Assembly: GCA_965224085.1 (NCBI GenBank)
Contig: CBDCYI010000004.1
Coordinates: forward strand, 864,001-928,000
Source: Candidatus Marinacidobacterales bacterium
Lineage (GTDB): Bacteria; Acidobacteriota; Vicinamibacteria; Marinacidobacterales; SMYC01
Direction of reading: 5' to 3'
Length of the DNA stretch: 64,000 nt
This document shows, piece by piece, positions 9,928-20,574 of this stretch (positions are counted from its first letter, which is position 1; the number at the start of each line of letters is the position of its first letter). Below the pieces are notes generated by a model. That model worked only from the letters and a program-made list of their open reading frames with translations. It did no database searches and was not told the DNA's origin. Made by a program: the position numbers and the translations under genes.

Positions 9928-11481
9928 ATGGCACTCAACGGACGTCTAGAAGACCTGAACCTTCTGGAGATTCTCCAGATCATCGCCTTCTCGAAAAAAA
10001 CGGGGACGCTAAAGGTCGAGAGCACACTTGCGAGCGGCGCGGTGCTGTTCCAGGACGGAGTCGTCCTCTGTGCTTTCTCGACGTCCACCACGCCAGTCGT
10101 GAGTCCGCTCGCAGGCATGACGCTCAACGAATCTCGCGCGCTCCTATTGCAGGACGAGATCCGTATCGCACTTCGAGAGCTCGTCGCGCTTCGCGAAGGG
10201 CAGTTCGAGTTCTCTCTCACCTCCGAGCCTCCGACGCATTTCGAGGGAATGGACATCAGCCGCTTCATCGTGGCGGGTGGTGCCGACCCGCAAGCGCTCA
10301 TGCTCGAGCTCGCGCGAGATCTCGACACCGCGCGCAAGGACAGCACGTTTCTGCTCGAATCGACCGAGGAGATGGCGCAGCACATCGAGCGCGAGCAGAA
10401 CGGCGGACGCATGCCGCAGCTCCTCGAGCGTCCGGAAATCAACGTTCTCCTCGTCGACGACGAGCCGAAGGTGCTCGACATCGTCGGTACAGAGCTCAAA
10501 CGGTCTGGCTGCTCTGTGATCACGGCAAGCTCGGCCGCCGAAGCGCTCGAGCAGCTCAAAAACCTAGTTTCGGAAACCACCGCCGTCCTCGTGACGGATG
10601 TCGCGATGCCGAGCTCGGGCGGTGGTAGTTTCGAAGGCGGTTTCGAGGTCGTCGAAAAGCTCAAAGAGCTCACCGAAGGTCGCGGCCTCGCGATGCTCAT
10701 TACCGAAAGCCTTTCTTCGGAGGCACGCGCGCGTGCCAGGAAACTCGGCGTCCGCAAGGTCGCTTTCAAGCCCGCGCTCACGAAGCTCGATGACGACGAA
10801 TATGTCGCAGATTTGGAGTCGTTCACGAAAATCCTCCTACACGAGCTCTACAAGCTCGCGGCGCATGCGGATTCCAGTGCCGCCGAGCCCAGCGTTCCCG
10901 AGCGCAATGACGACCTGATGTTCGACTACTTGAAGACCATGACGGAGCAACTCAAAAACACGAATCAGAGCATCGCGAGGCCGGTGCTCCGTGTGGGCGC
11001 CAAACATTGCGAGCGTACGGTGCTATTCACCGTCAAAGGCCCTCGAGTGCATGCTTTCGCGGCCTTCCGGAACGGCACCTCGACCAAAGGCGCTACCAAG
11101 ACTGTGAAGGGCTTGACCTTCGAACTTCAAGCCGTGCACCCGTTCGCCGAAGTCGTCTACTCGAGAAGCGGCGCTTCCGGAAGCCACGACGCAAACGCTT
11201 TGCCGTCCGGCTTCGATCGAGGGCGAGCCAAGGTGTACGAGCTTCTACCGATCTTGAATAATAACGAAGTAGTGTCGGTCGTCCTGTGCGACAACCCGAA
11301 TTCAGGGGGACCGCCCGGAAATCTCGCCGGCCTCGCACTCTTTCTCACGCAGGCGGGTATGGCGATGGAGAATGCCGCGCTGCACAAGAAACTGCGCTCG
11401 GTCGAAGACCGCTATTCTTTGGAAAATCAAGGTCCGCTGACCCAAGAGCCAAACCGAGTCGTTCGGGACCGACGGTCATGA
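9928..11481 (+). CDS. DUF4388 + response-regulator receiver + GAF-like protein
   Basis: N-terminal LNGRLEDLNLLEILQII..SKKTGTL; receiver VLLVDDE, VTDVAMP, FKP; GAF tail QAGMAMENAALH. Confidence 0.85.
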   Translation: MALNGRLEDLNLLEILQIIAFSKKTGTLKVESTLASGAVLFQDGVVLCAFSTSTTPVVSPLAGMTLNESRALLLQDEIRIALRELVALREGQFEFSLTSEPPTHFEGMDISRFIVAGGADPQALMLELARDLDTARKDSTFLLESTEEMAQHIEREQNGGRMPQLLERPEINVLLVDDEPKVLDIVGTELKRSGCSVITASSAAEALEQLKNLVSETTAVLVTDVAMPSSGGGSFEGGFEVVEKLKELTEGRGLAMLITESLSSEARARARKLGVRKVAFKPALTKLDDDEYVADLESFTKILLHELYKLAAHADSSAAEPSVPERNDDLMFDYLKTMTEQLKNTNQSIARPVLRVGAKHCERTVLFTVKGPRVHAFAAFRNGTSTKGATKTVKGLTFELQAVHPFAEVVYSRSGASGSHDANALPSGFDRGRAKVYELLPILNNNEVVSVVLCDNPNSGGPPGNLAGLALFLTQAGMAMENAALHKKLRSVEDRYSLENQGPLTQEPNRVVRDRRS

Positions 11482-11843
11482 GAGAGAAAAGAAGAATGCC
11501 ACGCGTTGGCCCGTTGGTGATCAAGGCGCAGGTCGATGTCGACGGAAAAAAACGCGATGCGTTCCTCACGAACCTCAGCAGCAGTGGGGGTTTTCTCGCG
11601 ATGGACGATCCGCCAGGCGACGGCACCGAACTCCACGTGTGGGCGCTTCTTCCGTGGCGGCTCGGCGAGCTGCGGGCCCATGCCCGTGTTGTCTGGCACC
11701 ACCATGAACGGGAAACTTGTGACAGCGCCCAAGCGGAAATCGCGGGTGTCGGCATCATGTTTACAGAGCTCGAGCGAGGCTCGGCCGAGCTCCTCGAGCG
11801 CTATCTCGCACGATTTGCCGAGCTCGCCGCTCAGATAGACTAG
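11478..11843 (+). CDS. PilZ domain protein
   Basis: RRMPR and NLSSSG motifs, ARVVW, GVGIMF. Confidence 0.85.
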   Translation: MREKRRMPRVGPLVIKAQVDVDGKKRDAFLTNLSSSGGFLAMDDPPGDGTELHVWALLPWRLGELRAHARVVWHHHERETCDSAQAEIAGVGIMFTELERGSAELLERYLARFAELAAQID

Positions 11844-11910
11844 AGGCCTGGGTAAAACTCAAAGCGATGGAACCTCCCGGATTCTGACAGCATATCGGCG
11901 AGAGGGACCG

Positions 11911-13075
11911 CTAGACCATCAAGCCGATGTTCTTGCTGCGATAGCCCGGAAAGAGTGCGCTCGTATCGCGGAGCGCGAGAGCGCTCTTGGCAACTTCGGC
12001 GAAAACGTCTCGGAAATCGGTTGTTACCGGAAGGTCCCGACCTTCGTAGAGGTTTCGGCGCTCGAGTCCGAGCCAATCGCCGTGAACGCGCCCGCCCCGC
12101 ACCCCGGCGCCGAGGACCATCATCGTCGAGCCGTGCCCATGATCCGTACCGCCAGCACCGTTGGCAGCCACGGTGCGCCCGAACTCCGTAACCGTCAGCA
12201 CGGTGACGGGCACGTCCGGTCCCACGTCTTCATAAAAAGCGGCTAGCGACCCCGACAGCCTGCCCAAAAGATTCGCCATCGATCCCGTCGCCGCGCCTTG
12301 CCGGAAGTGGGTATCCCATCCACTGCTCTCGACGAAAGCGACACGAACGCCTAGTCCAGACTTGAGAAGCTGCGCCAGCTGCTTCAGGGGATTCTCACCG
12401 CGCCCTCCTGGGTAGCGCACGCCCGTCCGAGGCGGCAGCGCGAGCGGGTCTCGCTCGCGAAACAACGTTACGGCTCGCGACGCCTCGGTGCCCGCGGACG
12501 CGAAAGTCGCGCTCGCGTCTTCGCGGTAGAGTTTCTCGAGCCGTTCGGCGAGCGCGCTCTGGCCGCGCGGGATCTCGAGCGAGCTAAAGTCCTCGAGCGC
12601 TATCGTATCTAGAGCGCCCGCGAGCGCCCGCGGCAGTTGAGGGGTTAGCGCCACCGCGTTGAAGGGGCTTGGCGCTTCGGCACCGGAAGGTTGCCGCCCA
12701 CCGAGCTCGATGAGCACGCGCGCCAACCAGCCATCTCGCGTCGACTTTTTTCCCGGCGTTCCCGACTCCATATAGTCCTGGGCGTCGAAGTGCGAGCGTG
12801 TCGGATCCGGCGAGCCCGTATTCACAACGACTCCGAGCCGTCCCGCACGATACAGCGGGTAGAGAGGAGACAACGCGGGATGGAAAGCGAAGCCCTCGCC
12901 GAGATCCAAAGTCGGGTTCTCCCCTCTTCCCGGCTGCGCCACGCTGAAACACTACGACCAAGATGCCAGGTTTCGCCCCGGCACGCGCTTCGAGTGCCGC
13001 GCCGCCAAGAAGAAGCAGCGTGGACCCACCCATTCTAAGGAACTCGCGCCGATCCCATCGATGTTGCACCATCAC
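11911..13075 (-). pseudogene. DUF1501 family protein (Tat signal), frameshifted by an internal deletion near 12935
   Basis: RREFLRMGG..VVVFQRGAA in one frame; RSHFDAQDYMESG, GWDTH, TEFGRT, GTDHGHG in another; the usual DGLN..VP segment is missing. Confidence 0.85.
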
Positions 13076-13198
13076 TCGATCTCCTCTATATGCGTAGTGC
13101 TCGGTCGCTCTTCGCTCCCTCGCTCGGCGTGCCGCCGGCGCACTCGCGCCGGACTCGCTACGCTCGCGGCACTTTGCACAAGACTTCCCATCACCTTG

Positions 13199-14842
13199 TT
13201 ACTGGCGCTGAAAGGCCGGGCTCGACAGAAAAAAGGCCAGCTGCTCGACCGACGTAAGGCTCTCGTCAACAGGCAGCGTATCGGGCCGGAGCAGAATTTT
13301 GCGCCCCCAGGCTCCGAAATCCCTCGGCAGCTCTCCCGGCGTCGCGCCGGGCAAACGGCCGTTGGCGAGATCGGTCGCGAAACGGACGCGAGTGAGGACG
13401 CTCCCGGCTCCAAGCCACGAGGCCGCTTGCTCGTCGTAGCCCGTGGGTGGCTGACATAGGTAAAGAGGCATCCCGAGCTCCGCTACCGTGCGTGCCAGAG
13501 CCGGGCCTCGCACCCGAGCCCCTGTCGCCCGCAATGCGCTCGCGACGAGCTCGAGCGGCGTTTTGACCTTTTCACCCGCCATCCCTTCTTCGACGAAGCG
13601 CTTCGAGTAGAACATCGTGCGGAGCACTTGCCGGATATCACCTCGTGTGCGCAGAAACGTCGCGGACATCTCGTCGACGAGAGCGTCGGACGGGGTATCC
13701 GAAACGAACTTCTGAGCGAGCTTGGTCGAGACGAAACGCGCCGTCGATGGATGGCGGGCGAGAAGCGTGATGACGGCATAGCCAGCATCGATCCCGTTAG
13801 GCCCGTTAGGACCACGCACCCCACCTTCTTCAATGCGCTCTCCGAGAATGGTCTTGACGCCATCATCGTGGGCGAGCTCGTTGAAGAAGAAGCTTCCTTC
13901 ATCCGGGAGCGTGCGAAGGGCCTCCGGCATCCTTGTTCGACCCATGCGCTCTTCGATTCTTTCTTTCACGCGCACGGCTTGCGGGCCGACGACGGACCAG
14001 CCGGTGAGCGCGCGAGCCACTTCGACGACATCTTTCTGTTGGTAGCCGCCATCCACGCCCAAGGTGTGGAGCTCCATGAGCTCCCGCGCATAGTTCTCGT
14101 TGATGCCGCTACTCCGTGAAGCTTTCTCGTCCACGTCGCGCCCCCGCCCACCGCGACGTCCGAGCTGGACGAGCAGTGCCTCCCGCGGGTCGAAACCGTC
14201 TTTCGTATTCACCCAGTTGTCGAGATAGAAGAGCATCGACGGATGCTCGGCCGTCGCCGTGAGCAAATCCTCGAAGCGGCCCAAGGCGTGAGGCCGTATC
14301 ACGTCGCGCTCGTAGGACGGAACCGTCAGAAGCGTGTTCCGGTTCTTTCGCGCATAGACATTGAAGTGGTTGAACCAGAAGTCGGTCATGACCTCCTGGA
14401 GCTGTCGTTCGGAATGGACCGCCCGATAGAGCTTCGCTTCCCAGAGCTCACGCAGAACGCGACCGCGGCGGTCGCGCGGCGGTCCCGAAGGAGCGTCCGA
14501 GGATCGCGCCTCGAGCATCGCTTCGCGCTCCGCCCGGCTCGGCTGCGGGTACTTGCGCATCAGCTCCGTCGTGGATAGCTGCAGGTTCTCGAGTTTCCCG
14601 ATGCGTGTCAGCACCGCGCTATCGTCGATACGCTCCGGCTCGAGCTGCCCTTCCAGCCAAGCCTTCGTGCCTTTGGCAAGGACCGCATCCAAATCGCCCG
14701 GTCGCGCTCCGTACGTGGCGCGTGACAGCAGGATCCTCGCCCTCGTAACTTCATCGCCCGACGGCCCCGCGACCCCGAGCCCCGAGGCGAACAGACAAGC
14801 TGCGAGAGGTAGTGCAACGATTGGCATCCGTTTCGCAGTCAT
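13199..14842 (-). CDS. DUF1800 family protein
   Basis: QLQEVMTDFWFNHFNV, PSMLFYLDN, NENYARELMELHTLG, PPTGY. Confidence 0.92.
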   Translation of the reverse strand: MTAKRMPIVALPLAACLFASGLGVAGPSGDEVTRARILLSRATYGARPGDLDAVLAKGTKAWLEGQLEPERIDDSAVLTRIGKLENLQLSTTELMRKYPQPSRAEREAMLEARSSDAPSGPPRDRRGRVLRELWEAKLYRAVHSERQLQEVMTDFWFNHFNVYARKNRNTLLTVPSYERDVIRPHALGRFEDLLTATAEHPSMLFYLDNWVNTKDGFDPREALLVQLGRRGGRGRDVDEKASRSSGINENYARELMELHTLGVDGGYQQKDVVEVARALTGWSVVGPQAVRVKERIEERMGRTRMPEALRTLPDEGSFFFNELAHDDGVKTILGERIEEGGVRGPNGPNGIDAGYAVITLLARHPSTARFVSTKLAQKFVSDTPSDALVDEMSATFLRTRGDIRQVLRTMFYSKRFVEEGMAGEKVKTPLELVASALRATGARVRGPALARTVAELGMPLYLCQPPTGYDEQAASWLGAGSVLTRVRFATDLANGRLPGATPGELPRDFGAWGRKILLRPDTLPVDESLTSVEQLAFFLSSPAFQRQ

Positions 14843-14943
14843 GCAGTTAAGACCGGAAGGGGCCCCAAGAGTTTAACCCTGAAGCGAAGAAAAAACCTCC
14901 GGAGGGCGCTCAGTTGCCAGTCGTCAGGATCCTGAATGCTGAT

Positions 14944-15417
14944 CTAGCTTCGTGCCGCTTTCTTTCCCGACTTCGTTCGCGAGCGACTACACTTCTGGCA
15001 GCGGCCGAAAATCTGATGTCGGTGCGACTCGATCGCGAATCCATAAGCGTCGGCAATCTCGTCTTGGAGTCTCTCGATATCCGGGCTCAAGAACTCGAGA
15101 ATAGTGCCGCATTCCGTGCAGATCATGTGATCGTGATGGGCATGGAGAAATTTGTGCTCGAAGCGGGTGAGGCCGTCTCTGAGCTCGATCGCCTCGGCGA
15201 GCTGCGCGTCCACGAAGACTTTCAGCGCACGGTAAATCGTCGTTCGCCCTATGCGGGGATGCTTTCGGCGAATGACGCGATATAGATCATCCACGGTCAT
15301 GTGGCCGCTCGTATCGAGAAAATGCCGCAGCACGATTTCCCGCGGCTTCGAGTGTTTCAGGCCGTGCTTCGTGAGATAGTCGTCGAGGACTTGGTACTCC
15401 TCGCGCGGTTCCGCCAT
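14944..15417 (-). CDS. fur: Fur family transcriptional regulator
   Basis: TIYRAL, HHDHMICTECG, GRCQKC. Confidence 0.9.
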   Translation of the reverse strand: MAEPREEYQVLDDYLTKHGLKHSKPREIVLRHFLDTSGHMTVDDLYRVIRRKHPRIGRTTIYRALKVFVDAQLAEAIELRDGLTRFEHKFLHAHHDHMICTECGTILEFLSPDIERLQDEIADAYGFAIESHRHQIFGRCQKCSRSRTKSGKKAARS

Positions 15418-15428
15418 GGGCGCCTATC

Positions 15429-15770
15429 TTAGTCGAAATCGACGGCTTCGATCGCTTCTGCGGTGACGCGGGAATGAGAGCCATTCCAGACGACCTCGCC
15501 ATCCCTGAGCACGAGCAGTTGAGGCGACTCGTGTCGGATTCCGGTCTTTTCCTCGATGTAGTCGGAGACGGTCCGAGCGCCGAGAACCTCGACTTTATGG
15601 ATGCGCCGCCCCGGGTGCTCCGAAAGGAACTTCTCGACTTCGCCGTGAGCGCGCGCGCTGATCCCGCACTTAGAGCTATGTTTGAACACGATCGCGAGCG
15701 GCTTATCGAGCAAGCGGTCGAACGCTTCGATCTCGTAAAGTGATTCCAGCACGTTTCTATTTTGGCGCAC
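15429..15770 (-). CDS. ytxJ: Bacillithiol system redox-active protein YtxJ
   Basis: FKHSSKCGIS, GIRHESPQ, WNGSH. Confidence 0.88.
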   Translation of the reverse strand: MRQNRNVLESLYEIEAFDRLLDKPLAIVFKHSSKCGISARAHGEVEKFLSEHPGRRIHKVEVLGARTVSDYIEEKTGIRHESPQLLVLRDGEVVWNGSHSRVTAEAIEAVDFD

Positions 15771-15937
15771 GCCTTTGCTCTTGACAAACAGCTCCCACCA
15801 CTCTTAGTTTCAACTAGATCATATACGGGAGCAAACATGGGACGGACGAAAACCGAAGGGCTTCACGGAACGCTCGAGCGGCTCGGCGTCCGCGTCGCCG
15901 AGGCGGAGCTCGTCTACAATGACGCGCGGAGGACGAC

Positions 15938-16414
15938 ATGAAGCGTTGGCTCTTGGGCTCGTTCTTGCTGCTTCTCGTCGGCAGTGCCTGCTACTTTTTC
16001 GGTTATGCGCGCGGTAGCGCCGCGATCACTCCGAAGGAGCAGGAGGCACTCGAGCGCGCTTTCGCCCGCTCGATGCGTGGGGTCGTTCTGGAAGGCTCGT
16101 TCACCGTCGACGACTCCGAGCGCGAACCCTCGACCGAGCGTTACACGGTGGAGCGCGTCGAGAAAGTCGGCGGCGACATCTGGCTCTTCCACGCGCGACT
16201 CCAGTTTGGCGAGACCGACATGAGCTTGCCCGTCCCTGTCAAGCTTCTATGGGCGGGAGACACGCCCGTTGTGAGCCTTACGGACGCGTCCATACCCGGA
16301 CTCGGCACCTATTCCGCCCGCATCGTGTTCTTCCGCGATCGTTATGCCGGACTGTGGTCCAACCCGCGCACGGGCGGACATCAGTTCGGCAAAATCACCC
16401 ATGAGAACGATTAA
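15938..16414 (+). CDS. Hypothetical exported protein
   Basis: GGAGG RBS, signal-like N-terminus, WAGDTPVVSLT..IPGLGTYSAR. Confidence 0.7.
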   Translation: MKRWLLGSFLLLLVGSACYFFGYARGSAAITPKEQEALERAFARSMRGVVLEGSFTVDDSEREPSTERYTVERVEKVGGDIWLFHARLQFGETDMSLPVPVKLLWAGDTPVVSLTDASIPGLGTYSARIVFFRDRYAGLWSNPRTGGHQFGKITHEND

Positions 16415-16637
16415 GCCCGTGTCCGCGTCGTCCTGGCTTCCGCGCCCAAAAAAGCAACGAAATCAACAATTTGGAAAAATCGCTCCGCTTCACCGACGCC
16501 ATTGTTTGCTAGCATTGTTTCGCTTGCTTTGCCCGTCCGATCGCGTGTAAGTTAGTGTAGCTCTGAAGGTAAAGGATTGGTTGCATCCGTACGGCCGTCG
16601 TGTTTCATATGCGTTGGCCAGGGTGATTGTGGCTCAA

Positions 16638-17177
16638 GTGAACAACCACCGCCTAGAAGGCGGTGGCTTCAAGGGCTGTCAATTGGAAATTGACTGTCGT
16701 CGTGAAGAGGCTCGCCATCCTGGGAGTCTATGTACTCCTTTACCATCTCGTCCGTTATGCTTCCTGAACTCACCGCCAGATATCCTCGGGCCCAGAAGTG
16801 CCGGCCCCAAAACTTCTTCCTCAGGTGAGCAAACTCCTGAAGGAGTACTCGGGAGCTTATTCCTTTTAGCCACTGCACGATCGTACTCAGGTCCTGGTGT
16901 GGTCGGTAGGATACGAACACGTGGACGTGGTCGCGTGCAACCTTACCCGAGATTATGTGCAGCTCATGTTCCATCGCGATCTGACGAATCAGATCGCGCA
17001 CACGAACCGCTACTGGACCGATCAAAACCTTTTTACGATATTTCGGTATCCAAACGATGTGCGCTTTTAGGTCCGTTTTCGTGTGCGCTCCGTGCCTGTA
17101 GTGACGCACGCGACCACAATACCACGATCTTCTCTTCGCCTAAAGGCGAGGGGTTTCGACCATCCCCGGAAGAGACA
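16638..17177 (-). mobile_element. IS200-type element (tnpA only)
   Basis: Subterminal hairpins ccaccgcc-tagaa-ggcggtgg and ttcgcctaaaggcgag; top strand begins TGTCTC after TTAG and ends TCAC. Confidence 0.85.
16669..17109 (-). CDS. tnpA: IS200/IS605 Y1 transposase
   Basis: HIVWIPKYR, HUH motif DHVH, FWARGY, catalytic Y in VKEYIDSQ. Confidence 0.95.
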   Translation of the reverse strand: MRHYRHGAHTKTDLKAHIVWIPKYRKKVLIGPVAVRVRDLIRQIAMEHELHIISGKVARDHVHVFVSYRPHQDLSTIVQWLKGISSRVLLQEFAHLRKKFWGRHFWARGYLAVSSGSITDEMVKEYIDSQDGEPLHDDSQFPIDSP

Positions 17178-17256
17178 CTAACTCTTCCGGGGTCTCGGCA
17201 TCGACCCCGCCCACTCTCGCGCACCAACGACACAGGATCTATTTAAGGAGGATCAT

Positions 17257-18459
17257 ATGACGCTTACGCGCCGTGCGTTTTTTCGCACAGTAGGACCAGG
17301 AGCCGGCGCCCCGTCCCATGCGATGATCACTGCTCGCGGTCGGGAGGCTCTGGAAGGCGAATTCGGTTCTGTCGAGGCGGGCCTCATTCCACCAGCCGAC
17401 GTAGATGAAGTTCGCCTGAGCAGCAACGAGAATCCGCTCGGACCTGGACCATCCGCGATTCAAGCGATTCGCGACAATGCGGATCAGTCCAACCGTTATC
17501 CGTTGAACAGCCTGATCACGGATCGCGCTGTGCGGGCACGCCTCGCCGAGCAATTCGACGATGCGAGCGCCGACAACATCGTGATCGCTCCTGGCTCCGG
17601 CGAGATTCTTCGCAACTGCGTTCGCGCTTTCACGAGCCCGGGCCGTCCTCTCGTGACTGCGGAGTGCTCGTACGAAAGCCCCACGAGAACGGCTGCGTAT
17701 TTCGATGTGCCCGTCAAGACGGTCCCGAATGCGGCCGACCTCGGGCTCGACCTCGACAAGATGGCCGGTGCGGCCATTGGCGCCGGCCTTGTGTTCTTGT
17801 GCAACCCGAACAACCCGACGGGCACGGCACACAGCCGTAGCGACGTCAACGACTTCGTGCGTTACGTCACGAAGGCGTCCCCGTTCACCTATATCCTCGT
17901 GGACGAAGCCTACCATGAATATGTGACGAAGCCGTCTTATTCCACCGCGGCAGAGCTCGCATTGACGCATCGCAACGTCCTCGTTGCGCGCACTTTCTCG
18001 AAAGCTTTCGGGATGGCTGGGCTACGTCAAGGTTGGACGCTCGCGACGAAAGAGACCGCTGCCAAGATTCGCGCTTACAAGCTCACCTTCGGGACCAACA
18101 TCCTCGGGCTCGCCGCCATTATGGGGGCGCTCGACGACCCTGAGCATTTGAAGAAAGAAGTCAAGCGCAACACCGAAGTTCGCAAGTTCACGATGGAGTT
18201 CTTCCGCAGCCATGGCTATTGGGTCTCGGACAGCCAGACCAACTTCATGTTTGCGAAAACGAACATGCCGGCGAAAGATTTCCGCGAAGCTTGTGCGAAG
18301 CACAAGGTTTTGGTAGGTCGCGACTTCCCGCCTTACGAGAAGACGCATGCCCGCATCTCGATCGGCACCATGGACGAGATGAAGCGCGCCACGGAAGTGT
18401 TCGCCGAGGTGCTTGGTATTACGGCTACTGATGCTGGCGCTGGCGCTGGCAGCAACTAA
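17257..18459 (+). CDS. Class I/II PLP aminotransferase (HisC-like) with Tat signal
   Basis: TRRAFF; SNENPLGP, CNPNNPTG, DEAY, RTFSKAFGMAGLR, RISIGT. Confidence 0.9.
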   Translation: MTLTRRAFFRTVGPGAGAPSHAMITARGREALEGEFGSVEAGLIPPADVDEVRLSSNENPLGPGPSAIQAIRDNADQSNRYPLNSLITDRAVRARLAEQFDDASADNIVIAPGSGEILRNCVRAFTSPGRPLVTAECSYESPTRTAAYFDVPVKTVPNAADLGLDLDKMAGAAIGAGLVFLCNPNNPTGTAHSRSDVNDFVRYVTKASPFTYILVDEAYHEYVTKPSYSTAAELALTHRNVLVARTFSKAFGMAGLRQGWTLATKETAAKIRAYKLTFGTNILGLAAIMGALDDPEHLKKEVKRNTEVRKFTMEFFRSHGYWVSDSQTNFMFAKTNMPAKDFREACAKHKVLVGRDFPPYEKTHARISIGTMDEMKRATEVFAEVLGITATDAGAGAGSN

Positions 18460-18518
18460 ACGACGCCCAAATGAGCAAACTATCTGTGAACGAGTTTAGA
18501 GAAACTGAGGAGGTTGCT

Positions 18519-19697
18519 ATGTCGCAATCGCGACGTGATTTCGTGAAGAACTTGGGCGTCGGTGCTGCCGGAGCTTACGCGGCTACGCTCATCAGCACGC
18601 GCAAACAGGAGTCCATCGCCTTCGCTGCCGAAGCCGGGCTCCCCGTGGACGACGTGATAAACCTCGCCAATAACGAGAACCCGATGGGCCCCGGAAAACC
18701 GGTGCTCGACGCCATTGACCGAGCGCTCGGCGGGCACGGCGAAAAGCCGGGCCGCTACCCGTTCCCCTATGCGACACCGCTCAACGAAGCGATCGCCGCA
18801 AAATGGAACGTGAAGCCAGACAACGTGCTCGTAGGCGCGGGCTCGACTCAGATCCTCGTCAACGCGACCCACACGTACACATCGAACCAGAGAGCTCTCG
18901 TGGGCTCGCTTCCAACTTATGAGGAATGCTTCGGCTACGCGTCTCTCGCCGGCCACAAGACGAAAGCGGTTCCGCTTACGAGCAACTACTCGACGGATCT
19001 CGACCAGACGTTCTACGCTTGCAAAGGCGCAGGGATGCTCTTCTATTGCAACCCGAACAACCCGGTAGCCTCGCTCGTCGATCCCGCCGAAAGCAAGGAG
19101 TTCATCCCGCGTGTTCTCAAGATGAACAAAGACCTTCGGATCCTCGTGGACGAAGCGTATATCGACTACGTCACCACGCCGGGCCACGAGACGATGATTC
19201 CGCAGGCGATCGCGAATCCGCGTCTTATCGTCGCGCGCACCTTCTCGAAAGCTTATGGAATGGCCGGACTTCGCATCGGCTACGCCATCGCGCACGAAGA
19301 CACGGTCAAAGAGCTCACCAAGTTCCACATGGGCAACTCGGTGTCGAGCTTGAGCTATGCCGCCGCCATCGCAGCGTTGGAACGGGACGCGAGCGATCCG
19401 AGCTTCATCCCGAACGAGGAAAATCGGAACAACGAAGCGCGCAGCTTCACGCGCAAGTGGTTCCACGATCACGGGTACAAGGACACCGACGCCCAGACCA
19501 ACTTCCTGTTCGTCGACGTCCAAATGCCCATCGAAGACTTCCAGGGAGCCTGCCGCAAGCAAGGCGTCCGCGTCGGCCGTCCGTTCCCGCCGCTGTGGAC
19601 GCATTGCCGCATCTCCATCGGCACGATGGACGAGATGCAAAAGGCCGTCAAGGTCTTCGACAAGGTTCTGAGCGCGGCCAAGTCACAGGCTGCGTAG
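18519..19697 (+). CDS. Class I/II PLP aminotransferase (HisC-like) with Tat signal, paralogue
   Basis: GAGGAGG RBS; SRRDFVK; NNENPMGP, CNPNNP, RTFSKAYGMAGLRIG. Confidence 0.9.
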   Translation: MSQSRRDFVKNLGVGAAGAYAATLISTRKQESIAFAAEAGLPVDDVINLANNENPMGPGKPVLDAIDRALGGHGEKPGRYPFPYATPLNEAIAAKWNVKPDNVLVGAGSTQILVNATHTYTSNQRALVGSLPTYEECFGYASLAGHKTKAVPLTSNYSTDLDQTFYACKGAGMLFYCNPNNPVASLVDPAESKEFIPRVLKMNKDLRILVDEAYIDYVTTPGHETMIPQAIANPRLIVARTFSKAYGMAGLRIGYAIAHEDTVKELTKFHMGNSVSSLSYAAAIAALERDASDPSFIPNEENRNNEARSFTRKWFHDHGYKDTDAQTNFLFVDVQMPIEDFQGACRKQGVRVGRPFPPLWTHCRISIGTMDEMQKAVKVFDKVLSAAKSQAA

Positions 19698-19736
19698 CCA
19701 CCGTCCACCGTCCACCGTCAAGGACAAGGACAAGGG

Positions 19737-19768
19737 CTGCCGCTCCCGCAATGGGGGCGGCAGTTTTT
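19737..19768 (+). terminator. Rho-independent terminator
   Basis: GC-rich hairpin ctgccgctccc...gggggcggcag followed by ttttt after the aminotransferase pair. Confidence 0.75.
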
Positions 19769-20039
19769 GTTGTTTCGCGGAACGTATGGCGGCAAGGAGC
19801 ACATGTGGACCGCATTGCGCTCGGCACGTACTACCCGCACCTTCTCGGTTCGGTCGAAGGCTCCGTCGAGACCATCGAGGCGATGCGCATCCCGAATATG
19901 TAAAAACAACGTATCTTCAGCGGCACCGCCATGCAAATACTGAACAACACCTGAAGGCCTGAAGGCCTGAAGGAATGTCCCGAGGCAATTGGGAGCGCTT
20001 CCCACCTCCTTCTATAATCCCGCCAAAGGAGAACACGAC

Positions 20040-20567
20040 GTGAGCGACGACCTGCGCTACCCCATTGGCAATTTCCAGTTTCCGAACAGCGTGAGCGACA
20101 GCGAGCGCGAGACGCTACTGCGCCAGATTGCTGACACGCCCGCGAAGCTTCGCGAAGCCGTACACGGGCTCGATGACGAGCAACTCGCCACACCTTATCG
20201 CCCCGACGGCTGGAGCGTTCGCCAAGTCGTGCACCACATACCCGACAGCCATCTGAACAGCTATGTTCGGTTCAAGCTCGCCGTGACGGAAGAATCTCCA
20301 ATGGTCAAAGGCTATGACGAAGCCACTTGGGCTCGGCTCGAAGACGCGCAAAACGCTTCTGTCGAGACATCGCTCACGCTCCTCGAGTCGCTACACGAGC
20401 GGTGGCTACAATTTCTGCGCTCTCTAGGCCCGGAGGAGCTCGCCCGCTCCTTCATCCACTCGGAGCTTGGCCCGGTAACGGTCGAACAAAACATCGCCCT
20501 CTACGCGTGGCACGGACGCCATCACGTGGCGCACATCACCTCGCTCCGTGAGTGTGAGGGTTGGTAG
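20040..20567 (+). CDS. yfiT: YfiT/BstA family bacillithiol S-transferase (DinB superfamily)
   Basis: DLRYPIG, YRPDGWSVRQVVHHIPDSH, YAWHGRHHVAHI. Confidence 0.9.
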   Translation: MSDDLRYPIGNFQFPNSVSDSERETLLRQIADTPAKLREAVHGLDDEQLATPYRPDGWSVRQVVHHIPDSHLNSYVRFKLAVTEESPMVKGYDEATWARLEDAQNASVETSLTLLESLHERWLQFLRSLGPEELARSFIHSELGPVTVEQNIALYAWHGRHHVAHITSLRECEGW

Positions 20568-20574
20568 CGCGAGA

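Noticed and set aside
13095-13175. GC-rich cgctcg-type REP-like sequence (similar patch near 37595)
   Set aside because: Similarity too short and degenerate to define a repeat family from this window
16638-17177. TnpB/IscB RNA-guided system at the IS200 elements
   Set aside because: The elements are 540-587 bp and encode tnpA only
19698-19735. Short tandem repeats ccaccgt x3 and caagga x2-3
   Set aside because: Simple intergenic slippage repeats with no evident function
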